Shown: one piece after another, positions 26,283 to 35,965 of the stretch | How positions within the stretch are numbered: the stretch's first letter is position 1 | Layout: each line of letters begins with the position of its first letter | Source: Candidatus Indicimonas acetifermentans | Lineage (GTDB): Bacteria; Gemmatimonadota; Gemmatimonadetes; Palauibacterales; KS3-K002 | NCBI GenBank assembly: GCA_947581815.1 | Contig: CANPVX010000004.1 | Coordinates: 1 to 42,300 of the forward strand | DNA length: 42,300 nucleotides | Reading direction: 5' to 3' | The notes under the pieces: generated by a model | Database searches by the model: none | The model's input: only the letters and a program-made list of their open reading frames with translations | Told to the model about the DNA's origin: nothing | Position numbers and translations under genes: made by a program

Positions 26283-26876
26283 TCATTCGTCGAGAGCGCC
26301 GCCGGCGGCAAGAATGCTTCGTACTCGGGCCAGATCGATTCCCCGGATGCGGGCCGGCGGCCAGCGTCCCGCTTTTGCCTCGCCGAGAACGCGCTCCAGC
26401 TCTTGGGACGCCCGCCGGGCCGCGGGAGCCTCGATCCAGCAGCGCTTCACGGCTTCGTCGAACTCTTCACGGTCGAGAACTTCGAGGTGGCCATCACTTC
26501 CTAGCCAGAGATCGAGGCACAAGTCGTGAAGCTCCCAGGTTGAGGCTTCCAGTCGGGCTGGCGCGATGAAGTTTGTGTAGTACCCGGTGAAGGTCCCGTC
26601 GTTCAGATGAAATAATCCCAAATCGTACCACTCGCCCGGAAGTACGAACCAGACTATGGGCGCGCCCTGCTCCAGAACGGTGCGTTCGCCGACGCGCACT
26701 GGGACGTCAGAGGGGTAATCATCAGCGAGCGTGATCTTGAGGTCGGGCTCATCGACTACGAGCTCTTGAACATAGACCTGGAGCCGGCCGGGCGGGCGCA
26801 GGTAATGGATCTCGATGAGTCCGCCCGCCAGGTCGGCGGCGGGTTCATGCTCGCGATTGCGCTCGGATCGATTCAC
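26283..26876 (-). CDS. DUF402 family protein (putative nucleotide phosphatase)
   Basis: GYYTNF, DLCLDLW, LEVLDREEFDEA motifs. Confidence 0.85.
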   Translation of the reverse strand: MNRSERNREHEPAADLAGGLIEIHYLRPPGRLQVYVQELVVDEPDLKITLADDYPSDVPVRVGERTVLEQGAPIVWFVLPGEWYDLGLFHLNDGTFTGYYTNFIAPARLEASTWELHDLCLDLWLGSDGHLEVLDREEFDEAVKRCWIEAPAARRASQELERVLGEAKAGRWPPARIRGIDLARVRSILAAGGALDE

Positions 26877-29047
26877 TTCTGCGGCGAGAAGAAGGCCGAA
26901 CGCTGGAGCAAGCCCGGGGCGGGCTCGAAGCGCGGGCCGTACCGTTCGGCGAGTTGTCGCAGGCGCCGGGTGATTTTGTCCAGGCCGAGCGAGTCGGCGT
27001 ATCTGAGGAGACCGCCGAGGAAAGGCGGAAAGCCGGCGCCCATGATCATCGCGACGTCTATATCTTCGGGGCCGGCTACGACCTGATCGTCGAGGGTGCG
27101 AGCTGCCTCGTTGATCATTCCGAAGATCATGCGTGTCTGGGCGACGTCCTTAGCTGGGGCGAGCGGGGGGCGCGGGGGCGCCGAACCGGAAGCGGCTTGG
27201 CGCAAGACGGCGCTGATCTCTTCGTTCAAGCCGCTGCGACGCCCGTCCTCGTAGACATAGAAGCCGCGCCCGCCTTTCTTGCCCGTGACGCCGGTCGCCA
27301 GGATTTTCGCCATCACGGGAGCGGGCTTGAACCGCTCGCCCAGATCGACCTCCAACGTTTGGCTGACCATGGCGATCACATCGAGGCCGATTTCGTCGAG
27401 TAGGCGCAGGGGGCCCATCGGCATGCCGAAGGCTTTCATGACTTCATCGATGCTCCGGACTTCCATGCCTTCCTGGAGCAGGTGCCCGGCCTCGGTGAGG
27501 TACGCTGCTAGGATGCGGTTGACCACGAAACCCGGCGAGTCGTGGACGATGATGGGCGTCTTCCCGAGGTGGAGGGCGAGCTCGAAGGCTGTGGCGAGAG
27601 TCGCGTCGGACGTCTGTTTGCCACGGACGATCTCGACCAGGGGCATCACGTGCGGTGGATTGAAGAAGTGGATTCCGCAGACGCGATCGGGGTGCTCGAG
27701 GTCGCTTTGAAGTTTGGAGATCGAGAGGGCGGACGTGTTGCTCGCGATGAGGGACGTAGATGGCATCTCGGCCTCCAGCGCAGCGAAGACCTCACGCTTG
27801 ACATCCATCCGCTCGATGGCTGCTTCGACCACGGCGTCGATCGAGCTGAAGCTATCGTACTTCGTGGCTCCTTTCAGACACTGCTTGCGCTCCTCGAGCG
27901 TCTCCGGGCTCCAACCCGCCCGCTCACCCGCCTTATCCAGGAGCTCCCTCGCGCGATGGATGCCGGCGCGCACACGCTCCTCGTCGATGTCGACGACCAG
28001 AACGGGTAGCGCCTGATAGGCGAACAGCTCGGCGATCCCCGCACCCATGACGCCCGCACCGATGACGGCGGCGCGCTCGATCGCGCGTGGCTCGGCGCTG
28101 GGCCGCCGCTTGCGCGCACCCTCCGTGAGCAGAAAGACGTTGATGAGGTTGCGGGACTCCGGCGTCACGGCGAGCTGTCCGAACGCGCTCGCCTCCTCTG
28201 CGTACGCCCGCGCGGGTGATTGCCCGACTCCTCTCACGGTGACTTTGACCGCCTTGGGCAGAGCCGGGTAGTGGCCCTTCGTACGAGCATAGACCGATTT
28301 GAGCGAGATGCGCCGTACCAGCCAACGCGAGGGGGCGGACTCTTCGAGCAGCCGGGCCCAAAACGAGCGCTTCCGGCGTGAAAGCGGCTTCGCCCCGCGG
28401 GCGAGGTCGGCGGCGAGGGAGTCCACCTCCGAATCGAAGCGGTCGGCGGGGAGAACGGCGTCCACGAGGCCCATTTTCAGGGCCGGCTGCACCCGGATCT
28501 GCTTGCCGGCGAGGATCAGCTCGAGGGCGCGCCGCAGACCGATGAGACGTGGAAGCCGCACGGTGCCTCCTAGGCCGGGGAGGATGCCCAGACGCGTCTC
28601 GGGAAGCCCGAGGCGGGTTTTGGAGTTGTTGCTGGCGACGCGGTAATCACAGGCCAGCGCGAGCTCCAACCCGCCGCCAAGACAGGAGCCGTCGATCGCC
28701 GCGAGCGTGGGGAACGGCAGTCTCTCCAGTCGCCCGAAGATGTCCTGTCCCAGGCTGGAGATGCGGGTCGCGGATTCGGCATCGGAGAGCTCGGCCAGCT
28801 CGTTTATGTCGGCGCCGGCGATGAAATTGTCTTGCTTCGCGCTCCTCACGACGAGCGCCTGCACGGCGTTTGCCGCGTGCGCCGCCTCGAGTTCGCCGAG
28901 TGTGGCGTCGAGGCTGCGCATAGTCGCGGAGGTGAGCAGGTTTACCTTGGAGTCTGGGCGGTCGAAGATCAGCGACGCGACGTCATCGCGAACGACGAGG
29001 CGGAGTCCCTGCTCCGCCTCGTCACCAGCCGCGCTCGCCCCTGTCAT
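26873..29047 (-). CDS. fadJ: Fatty acid oxidation complex alpha subunit (enoyl-CoA hydratase/3-hydroxyacyl-CoA dehydrogenase)
   Basis: FIAGADI, GGGLELALAC, GLPETRLG, VIGAGVMG, SNTSAL, GIHFFNP, PGFVVNRIL, PMGPL; FadJ versus FadB assignment is tentative. Confidence 0.9.
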   Translation of the reverse strand: MTGASAAGDEAEQGLRLVVRDDVASLIFDRPDSKVNLLTSATMRSLDATLGELEAAHAANAVQALVVRSAKQDNFIAGADINELAELSDAESATRISSLGQDIFGRLERLPFPTLAAIDGSCLGGGLELALACDYRVASNNSKTRLGLPETRLGILPGLGGTVRLPRLIGLRRALELILAGKQIRVQPALKMGLVDAVLPADRFDSEVDSLAADLARGAKPLSRRKRSFWARLLEESAPSRWLVRRISLKSVYARTKGHYPALPKAVKVTVRGVGQSPARAYAEEASAFGQLAVTPESRNLINVFLLTEGARKRRPSAEPRAIERAAVIGAGVMGAGIAELFAYQALPVLVVDIDEERVRAGIHRARELLDKAGERAGWSPETLEERKQCLKGATKYDSFSSIDAVVEAAIERMDVKREVFAALEAEMPSTSLIASNTSALSISKLQSDLEHPDRVCGIHFFNPPHVMPLVEIVRGKQTSDATLATAFELALHLGKTPIIVHDSPGFVVNRILAAYLTEAGHLLQEGMEVRSIDEVMKAFGMPMGPLRLLDEIGLDVIAMVSQTLEVDLGERFKPAPVMAKILATGVTGKKGGRGFYVYEDGRRSGLNEEISAVLRQAASGSAPPRPPLAPAKDVAQTRMIFGMINEAARTLDDQVVAGPEDIDVAMIMGAGFPPFLGGLLRYADSLGLDKITRRLRQLAERYGPRFEPAPGLLQRSAFFSPQK

Positions 29048-29053
29048 GCTGGG

Positions 29054-29812
29054 CTAGAAGACCAAGCGGGATTCTGCGTTGGACTTGTCTATGGTGATCG
29101 TGTCGGTCGTGCCGCCCGTCACGTCGATGGGCACGTTCCAATAGAGCTCCTCGAAGGGGAGCTCCGCGCGAGTGTGAATCCACCAGCGACCCTTAGGGAC
29201 CGCGAACTGGGCGGCGCCGCCGCCGTCAGTGGTGTCCCAGATCTCCTCTCGACCGCTGGCCTCGAGCAGGCTGTCGATGACCTCGCCGAATCCTTCGAAT
29301 ACGACATCTTCCCAGGTCGTGAGCACGGCGTTGAACGAGTCGGCGCGAGCCGTGTACTGACCCTGCAGCTCCGTGAACTGCTCGAAGTAACGATCCTTGT
29401 CACGGCGCAGGCGCCGCTCCTGACCATCGAGGTTGTCGAACCTGCCGTATGCCGCGAAGTACTCGTTGCTCGACTGGTTCATCCGCTCCATGCGTTCGGA
29501 GAGGCTTCTGAGCTCCGAGTACGTATTGTTCCACGCCGCCTCCGCATCGCGCCATCGATCTTGAGCGACGGCAATGGAGTCCCTGATCTCCAATAGGTCG
29601 GCCGGAGGCTCGGGTTCGGAGCGCTCTGCGGCGGCGATCATATCCGCGAAGACGGCGTCACGGTCGTAAGGCAAGAGCCTCACGGTCAGCTGGGCGTGCG
29701 CCACGGCATCGCCGTCGCCGCTAGAGACAGCGAGCACAGTCACCTGGGAGGTGCGGTTGCAGGCGCCTAGAGTAGTCGCCGCAACGAGGCCAAGGACCCA
29801 ACGCTTGTTCAT
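29054..29812 (-). CDS. Hypothetical lipoprotein with central coiled coil
   Basis: MNKR plus hydrophobic core and lipobox LGAC; long helical centre, beta-rich C-terminus. Confidence 0.75.
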   Translation of the reverse strand: MNKRWVLGLVAATTLGACNRTSQVTVLAVSSGDGDAVAHAQLTVRLLPYDRDAVFADMIAAAERSEPEPPADLLEIRDSIAVAQDRWRDAEAAWNNTYSELRSLSERMERMNQSSNEYFAAYGRFDNLDGQERRLRRDKDRYFEQFTELQGQYTARADSFNAVLTTWEDVVFEGFGEVIDSLLEASGREEIWDTTDGGGAAQFAVPKGRWWIHTRAELPFEELYWNVPIDVTGGTTDTITIDKSNAESRLVF

Positions 29813-29870
29813 TGAGCTCTCCGGACGTAAGGTTGTGCTGCCATTTGAACCGCAATAACGTAGAAGAGAT

Positions 29871-30443
29871 GTGGGAACTTTTCAAGCGCCGTCAATTCGC
29901 CGGGGCGTAATCCTACTTGCCTGCGCGCTGCTCGCTGGGTGCGGCTACGGCCGCATCCAGGAACTGGACGACAGGGCTCAGGCGGCTCGCTCTGACATAG
30001 AGGTCCAGCTGCAACGCACGGTCGACCTCGTCCCGAACCTGATCGAGATCGTACAGACCTACGTGGCGCTGGATGCGGTCCTGATACAGGCGCTCGCAGA
30101 TGGCCGGGCGCGGTTGGCGAGCGCGGTTCGGTCGGACGATCTGCGCCGCATGGAGGAGGGTGCTGCTGACCTATCGGGCGCCATCCGCCGCCTGCTAGCG
30201 GCCGCGGAACGCAATTCCGCCCTGCACTCGGATCCGGTCTTCCAGCTGATTCAGGCACAGCTGGACGAAACCGAGAACGAGATCGACGCGGCTTGCCGCG
30301 ACTACAATGTGGCCGTCGAGGAGTACAACGCCTATATCAACGGCTTTCCTCAGTCAGTGACGGCCAAAGTCATCGGCGCCCAACGCCGCGAGTCCTTCAG
30401 GGTGACGATGCCGAGCAACGCCAGCTCGGCGGAGGGTGGCTAG
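29871..30443 (+). CDS. lemA: LemA family protein
   Basis: LAGCGY, IEVQLQRTVDLVPNL, QLDETENEI, YNVAVEEYN, FPQSVTA. Confidence 0.88.
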   Translation: MGTFQAPSIRRGVILLACALLAGCGYGRIQELDDRAQAARSDIEVQLQRTVDLVPNLIEIVQTYVALDAVLIQALADGRARLASAVRSDDLRRMEEGAADLSGAIRRLLAAAERNSALHSDPVFQLIQAQLDETENEIDAACRDYNVAVEEYNAYINGFPQSVTAKVIGAQRRESFRVTMPSNASSAEGG

Positions 30444-30452
30444 CGCGTCCTA

Positions 30453-30695
30453 TTAGGAGAACAGACGTTTCAGCAGCTCCAATCCAAGCAGGACAATCAG
30501 CGGCGAGAAGTCGATCCCGCTCGATACGGGCAGAAGCTTGCGTACCGGCTCGAGCACCGGGTCGGTCAGGCGTCTCAACAGCTCGACGACGGGGTGCGTC
30601 GAGTAAGGCGAGACGAACCAGGACAGCACGGCGCGCAGGAGGATCAACCCCTCGTAGAGAGTGATGAGTGCTACAAGTGTACGTGCAATTCCCAC
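30453..30695 (-). CDS. yggT: YggT family membrane protein
   Basis: RAVLSWF...LTDPVLEPVRKLLP...GIDFSPLI. Confidence 0.92.
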   Translation of the reverse strand: MGIARTLVALITLYEGLILLRAVLSWFVSPYSTHPVVELLRRLTDPVLEPVRKLLPVSSGIDFSPLIVLLGLELLKRLFS

Positions 30696-30791
30696 AGGGC
30701 TCTTCGTCCCATCAGCATGGTGGAGGTTTTGCGCTCGGCTACACTACGGCGCTCGGGAAGGATGGGTTTCAGGGGGCCTCGAACTGGGCAC

Positions 30792-30814
30792 AAAAAAAAA
30801 CGGGCTTGAACCCG
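30792..30814 (-). terminator. Intrinsic terminator after the M23 peptidase gene
   Basis: RNA CGGG-UUCAAG-CCCG followed by U9; a longer alternative stem to about 30839 is possible. Confidence 0.65.
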
Positions 30815-30844
30815 CCGACGACTGGTATCCGAGCCCCGTGAGCG

Positions 30845-31780
30845 CTACTCGACGATGACTTTCTCCAGTCTGTAGTTGGAGGGATCGACCGCGCGGCCGT
30901 TCAGTCGCACCTCGTAGTGGACGTGAGGTCCACGGGCCAGCCCGGTGCTGCCCACGGCGGCAAGCACATCACCGCGGCGCACCTCATCACCCACGCGAAC
31001 TTTCAGGCTCTTCTGGTTGTGGGCGTAGCGCGTTTTCATTCCGCCGCCGTGATTGATCTCGACCGTGTAGCCGAAGCCCGGCCTCCAACCGGCATACGTC
31101 ACTACGCCATCGGCGGTGGCCATGACGGGCGTGCCGGAGGGCGCCGAGATATCGATTCCTTCATGCGGGCGACGAACGTTGAGGAGAGGATGCCAGCGGC
31201 TGCGGCTGAAGCTGGAGCTGAGCCAGCCCCGAACCGGATCGATGGAAGGGAGATTCGTGAGCTCGTCGCGACGCGTTTCCATCGCCCGCGTCGCCTCTTC
31301 TAGACTGACGCCCAGAAGGTTGGCCTGCCGAAGCAGGCGGTTGAGGTCCGTCGATGCGTCGAAGACTTCTTCGCTCAGGGCCGGGTTGATGCCGAAGAGC
31401 GGCTGGCTCTCCAACGAGCTGCTGCCCGGGCCACCGATACCCACCTGTCGCACCTCGCTGTCGATATCGGGAATCCCTGCCAGAAGCCTGTAGCGCCGAT
31501 CGCGCTCCGACATCGCAGCCAGCGATTGTGTGAGTTGGTCGACCGTCTGCTCCATCTCATCTAGGCTGGCAACCAGCTCGACGTTCTCGGCCTTGAGAAG
31601 TTCGGCTTTAACAAGATCTCCCAGTTTCAGCAGTAGGGCGCCTGACGCGAGAACGATAAACAGCAAAACAGCGGCGACGCTGCCCGCGACGTAGCGCAGG
31701 GCACGTTGAGTAACGTGCAGCGACCGCGCAGGCTGCGACGGATCGCTGATGACCAGAAATGTTAAACGATCTCGTTTCAT
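30845..31780 (-). CDS. M23 family metallo-endopeptidase with TM anchor and coiled coil
   Basis: ATG at 31780 (MKRDRLTFLVI); HEGID, TRYAH, GSTG..GPHVHYEV. Confidence 0.93.
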   Translation of the reverse strand: MKRDRLTFLVISDPSQPARSLHVTQRALRYVAGSVAAVLLFIVLASGALLLKLGDLVKAELLKAENVELVASLDEMEQTVDQLTQSLAAMSERDRRYRLLAGIPDIDSEVRQVGIGGPGSSSLESQPLFGINPALSEEVFDASTDLNRLLRQANLLGVSLEEATRAMETRRDELTNLPSIDPVRGWLSSSFSRSRWHPLLNVRRPHEGIDISAPSGTPVMATADGVVTYAGWRPGFGYTVEINHGGGMKTRYAHNQKSLKVRVGDEVRRGDVLAAVGSTGLARGPHVHYEVRLNGRAVDPSNYRLEKVIVE

Positions 31781-31903
31781 CTCGCCCGATTCGCGAGTTA
31801 GACCCGGGCGCCATTCGCTAGTAGGAGCGAAGTAGCTTCCCAAAGGGCGCCTGTGTGCGCGCCAAAACGATAAAACGGCAAGGTACTTTAGAGAGGGCGG
31901 CAC

Positions 31904-31932
31904 ACGATAATGTCGTAAGCCCGGGAGGTCAA
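31904..31932 (-). promoter_or_regulatory. Candidate sigma70 promoter TTGACC-N17-TATCGT for the M23 gene
   Basis: -35 at 31927-31932, -10 at 31904-31909, 17-nt spacer. Confidence 0.5.
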
Positions 31933-31967
31933 GGCCTCTAGCCCGTACCGAGGCGCGAATTGAACGG

Positions 31968-31983
31968 TGCAAGCTCTGTTCCG
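31968..31983 (-). promoter_or_regulatory. Candidate sigma54 -24/-12 promoter
   Basis: CGGAACAGAGCTTGCA has GG-N10-GC with TTGCA, similar to the TGGCAC-N5-TTGCW consensus. Confidence 0.4.
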
Positions 31984-32252
31984 ATGGGGGGGTATATCGC
32001 ATAACTCTTTGAACGGTCTTGGCTTGTAGCTACCGGGGGGGACCCGGAAATCGCCCGGCAAGGGTGCAATTTTTATCGGCCGGCGAAAGGTTTTCCCTCC
32101 AAAATCCGACCCGCCGGACACCTGCGCCACACCGGACTTGCGGGTAGTGTTCGGGTACCCCTCCAAACGCGAAGTTGCAGGCTGCAGACCCACGCCTGAG
32201 CGGCTAGCCCCAGGACAACTTAAACGTGTGTACTGTATGGTATTTGCGGCCA

Positions 32253-33491
32253 TCATTGGCGGCGGGTCACCAGAGAATCTGCGACGATACGCGCGCCGGT
32301 CCCGGGAAAATCGAGGGCGCTCAGCGAGTCGATGAGCGCGGCTCCGCGGTGGTCCGGGTCGGCCGCGACGATACCCGGCGGCACCTGAAAGGCGGAGCGC
32401 AGCACCGCGGCGGTGACACGACCTTCCCTGTCCAGCGTCACGCAGGCGATCGCACCGATGTTCGAGGGCTCGCTGAGGTTGAAGGGGCCGTAAGTCAGCG
32501 TGTTCCCGAGAGAGTAAAGGACGAGCGCGTCGCCGACCCATTCTACGGCGCGCAGAACGTGCGGGCCGTGTCCCACGACGAGGGAAGCGCCGGCCTCTAC
32601 CGCGGCGTGGGCGAAGGCGACGGAGTTGCCTCGATCCTCCCCGAACATCTGCTCCGCCTCGTTAGGCGTTCTCTGAGCGTCTCCACCTTCCGCACCCATG
32701 TGCATCGTCACGACAACTCGCGGCGAGTGGCGGGCGGCCCGCGCAACGTGCCTTCGCACCGCTGCCAGATCCCGCGGGTCGGGCCCGGCGACGAAGGGGC
32801 TGAAGCCGAGGATGGCCACGGTATCGCCAGCGGGGGAAGGGACAAGCGTCGCCAGCGTGTCCGTCCCCGTGACGTGGACGCCCGCCTGGCGCAGGTGGTC
32901 GATGGTGGCGCCGTAGCCGGCGATCCCCGCATCGAGGGCGTGATTGTTGGCTACGTTGCCGACCACGCTGGCGGGCTCCGCGAAGCGTCTGAGCGCGGCA
33001 GCCGTGCTCACGGGCTGGCGGAAGGCGTAGCAGCGGGTCGAGCCGGGGCGGCATTTCGCCGGCGCGGGCCCGGCGCCGATCGCGCCTTCGATGTTGAGCA
33101 ATACTATGTCCGAATCATCGACCAGGGGGCGCAGCGGGGAAAGAAGCTCGTTAGGGTCGGGGAATGGGACCACGTAGTAACCGACGCGTTGGCTGGCTCG
33201 CCCCGCCCACAAAGTGTCCAGGTTGTTCCCGATGAGGACGTCGCCGCCGGCGCAGATGCGCAGGTCAGGCGGCGGCTCAACCGAGATCGCGAGACTATCG
33301 ACTGCGAGCTGCGAGTCTGCAGGCGCGGGCTCCTCCTCAGGGGGGGGGGCCGGTTCGCCGGGCTGCGGCTCGACCGGCGGCGTCTCTGGCTTCGCGGGCT
33401 CCGGGGCCTCGGGGGCCTCGCTGACCGCCCCGCCACAGCCTGTCAAAAGCAGGAGCAGCGTGGTGACGACGGCGGCGGCGGAGATCCTCAC
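32253..33491 (-). CDS. CapA-family (metallophosphoesterase-like) lipoprotein
   Basis: GTG start at 33491, lipobox LTGC, Pro/Glu linker, GGDV, LNIEG, ANNHALD, MHMGAE, GHGPHV, YSLGN. Confidence 0.9.
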   Translation of the reverse strand: MRISAAAVVTTLLLLLTGCGGAVSEAPEAPEPAKPETPPVEPQPGEPAPPPEEEPAPADSQLAVDSLAISVEPPPDLRICAGGDVLIGNNLDTLWAGRASQRVGYYVVPFPDPNELLSPLRPLVDDSDIVLLNIEGAIGAGPAPAKCRPGSTRCYAFRQPVSTAAALRRFAEPASVVGNVANNHALDAGIAGYGATIDHLRQAGVHVTGTDTLATLVPSPAGDTVAILGFSPFVAGPDPRDLAAVRRHVARAARHSPRVVVTMHMGAEGGDAQRTPNEAEQMFGEDRGNSVAFAHAAVEAGASLVVGHGPHVLRAVEWVGDALVLYSLGNTLTYGPFNLSEPSNIGAIACVTLDREGRVTAAVLRSAFQVPPGIVAADPDHRGAALIDSLSALDFPGTGARIVADSLVTRRQ

Positions 33492-33504
33492 TCGGCAGAA
33501 CGGC

Positions 33505-35007
33505 TTACCTGCTGTCCGCCTTCGGGAACAGAACGGCCTCACAGTGAACGGTATTGGCCGCCAGGTCCAACTCGCGGTAGGCGTCGAGGGAGCTGGGCTC
33601 TCGGTCACACCCGAGAGCCTGCCAAAGCGCCGCACATTTCTCGGGCATGAAGGGGCTGAGGAGGATGGCGAGCCGCGCGAGCGTCCGGGCGAGGCCAGCC
33701 AGTACGCGATCGAGGTCCGCGCTCAGCGAATCATCCTTGGCGAGCTTCCAGGGCGCCTGCTCCTCGATGAAGACGTTCGCGGCGCTCGCCAGCTCCATGG
33801 CGGCCGCGGCGCCCTCACGGAGCAGGTAACGGTCCATGGCGCTTCGATAAGCAGCCAGAGTCTCCAGGGCTTTCTTATCGAGTGAGGTCTGGGCGCCGCT
33901 GGGAACGACGCCGGCGCGGTACTTGGTGATCATGGCCAGCGCGCGGTTGGCCAAGTTCCCCAGGTCGTTGGCGAGGTCGGCGTTGTACCGTTCGTCGAAG
34001 CGCTTCCAGCTGAAATCGCCATCGCCCGTCCAGGGTATCTCGCGCAACAGGAAGTAGCGGAGCGCATCGGGCCCGTGGCGCTCCTCGGCGGTCTCGAGTG
34101 TGACCGGCGCGTCGCTGGATTTGGACAGCTTGCGGCCTTCCCAGTTGACGTAGCCATGGGCCCAAACCGTGGTCGGAAGCTCGACGCCAGCGGCCATGAG
34201 CATGGCCGGCCACATGATGCAGTGGAAGCGGGTGATCCCCTTTCCGATGACGTGGAGCTCCGCCGGCCACCAGTCCCGGTACCCATCGGCCGGGAAACCG
34301 GTGCCCGACAGGTAGTTGATCACGGCATCGTACCAGACGTAGACGACGTGCTCGGTATCGCCGGGGAAGGGGATCCCCCAGCCGCGCTGGTGCCGCGACA
34401 TGGATACGTCCTGTAGGCCTTCTTTGAGGACGTTGAGGATCTCGTTGCGGCGGATATCCGGCTGCACGAATTCCGGGTGATCGTCGAGCAGTTTCAGCAG
34501 AGAATCGTTGAAGGCGGAGAGTTTGAAGAAGTAGTTGTCTTCCTTGGTCCAGGTGATCTCGCGGTGCGGGTGCTCAGGGCAGCGGCCGTTGGCGAGGTCT
34601 TTCTCCTGTTTGAACTCTTCGCAGCGCTCGCAGTAGTACCCTTCGTAAGTCCCTCTATATATGTAGCCCGCCTTGCGGGTCCGCTCGATCATCTCCGTAA
34701 CGGCTCGGGTGTGGCGAGGCTCGGTCGTGCGGATGAAATCATCGTTGCTGATGTGGAGCCGGTCCCAGTGGTCTGAGAAGATGCCGGCGATGCGATCGAC
34801 CCACGCGGTCGGGGTCAGGCCCGCCTCCTCGGCGGGCTGAAGGATCGTCTGGGAGTTTTCATCCATACCGATGGCGAATCGCACATCATCGCCGCAGAGG
34901 CGCCGGTAGCGGGCGATCGCGTCGGCACCGATCTTCTCGAGGGCGTGGCCCAGGTGCGGGTCGCCGTTTGAGTAGTCTATAGCTGTGGTGATATAGAAGC
35001 GGGGCAA
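33505..35007 (-). CDS. metG: Methionine--tRNA ligase (short form)
   Basis: FYITTAIDY..GDPHLGH, DFIRTTE, CERCE...CPEH zinc knuckle, YVWYDA, KLSKS, LANDLGNL. Confidence 0.96.
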   Translation of the reverse strand: MPRFYITTAIDYSNGDPHLGHALEKIGADAIARYRRLCGDDVRFAIGMDENSQTILQPAEEAGLTPTAWVDRIAGIFSDHWDRLHISNDDFIRTTEPRHTRAVTEMIERTRKAGYIYRGTYEGYYCERCEEFKQEKDLANGRCPEHPHREITWTKEDNYFFKLSAFNDSLLKLLDDHPEFVQPDIRRNEILNVLKEGLQDVSMSRHQRGWGIPFPGDTEHVVYVWYDAVINYLSGTGFPADGYRDWWPAELHVIGKGITRFHCIMWPAMLMAAGVELPTTVWAHGYVNWEGRKLSKSSDAPVTLETAEERHGPDALRYFLLREIPWTGDGDFSWKRFDERYNADLANDLGNLANRALAMITKYRAGVVPSGAQTSLDKKALETLAAYRSAMDRYLLREGAAAAMELASAANVFIEEQAPWKLAKDDSLSADLDRVLAGLARTLARLAILLSPFMPEKCAALWQALGCDREPSSLDAYRELDLAANTVHCEAVLFPKADSR

Positions 35008-35017
35008 CTACAGGACC

Positions 35018-35965
35018 TCATGTCTTGTTGTCGCGGGCCTCTGCGATCTCGCGTTTGAGCTCTTCAAGCGGCACCGTCCTGAGCGCCCCCGACTCCGCAC
35101 GAAGCGTCACTCTCTCGGCGAAGATGTTGATCGATTCCACTATTTCGGTGCCCAGCGACGTCGGGAGCTGCCGGTTCACTTTCGGGAATCGCTTTCTGGT
35201 CTGCACGTAGAAGTCGTGCTCGTAGCGAAGCGAGCACATCAACCGGCCGCACGCTCCGGAGATCTGAGAGGGGTTCAGCGAGAGGTTCTGGTCTTTCGCC
35301 AGCTGCAGCGTCACCGGTTTGAGCTCCGGAAGCCAGTTGGAAGAGCAGAGCTCCCGGCCGCAGCGCCCGATTCCGTCCAAGCGTTTCGCTTCGTCGCGCA
35401 CGCCGATCTGTTTCAGCTCGATGCGCGTGCGGTACCTCTTGGCCAGGCTGCGGACCAGCACTCTGAAGTCCACCCGCTTGTCGGCAGTGAAGTAGATGAT
35501 GAGCTTGTTGCGATCCCACTGCCACTCGGTGTCGCTGATCTTCATCTTGAGGTTGTGCTCTGTGACCATCTCGCGCACTTGGCGGCGGATGTCATCTTCC
35601 TCGTCACGGAGCTTGATCCCGCGCTCGACATCGATGGGGGCCGCGCGGCGCAGCACACGCGCCGTGGGAAGGTTGGCTTCGTTGCATCCGTCGCAGGCGG
35701 CGCACTTCTTCTTGGCGAGCTCGCCGAGGGAGGTCACGATGCCGAGGTCTTGGCCGCGATCGGCCTCGACCACCACGTACTCGAGGCGATGCAGCGGCGG
35801 AGTGGTATAAGATGTGAAGAACTCCCGACGCTTGCCTTTGAAACGCACCTCGGTGATCTGGGGGTCGGAACCTCGGCGTGCTGCCGGCTGCGGAGCAGAC
35901 GGCGGCGCCGGTGCGACGCCGGTCTCCAGCGGAGGCGCTTCGGTGGCCGCGGCTCTCTCGCTCAC
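35018..35965 (-). CDS. ricT: PSP1/RicT (YaaT) family protein
   Basis: GTG start overlapping the accA stop; YFTADKRVDFR, RIELKQIGVRDEAK, GIGRCGRELCSS, AKDQNLSLNPSQISGACGRLMC. Confidence 0.9.
   Translation of the reverse strand: MSERAAATEAPPLETGVAPAPPSAPQPAARRGSDPQITEVRFKGKRREFFTSYTTPPLHRLEYVVVEADRGQDLGIVTSLGELAKKKCAACDGCNEANLPTARVLRRAAPIDVERGIKLRDEEDDIRRQVREMVTEHNLKMKISDTEWQWDRNKLIIYFTADKRVDFRVLVRSLAKRYRTRIELKQIGVRDEAKRLDGIGRCGRELCSSNWLPELKPVTLQLAKDQNLSLNPSQISGACGRLMCSLRYEHDFYVQTRKRFPKVNRQLPTSLGTEIVESINIFAERVTLRAESGALRTVPLEELKREIAEARDNKT

Noticed and set aside
32253-33491. Poly-gamma-glutamate capsule locus
   Set aside because: Lone CapA-family gene without capB/capC; such solo homologues are common.
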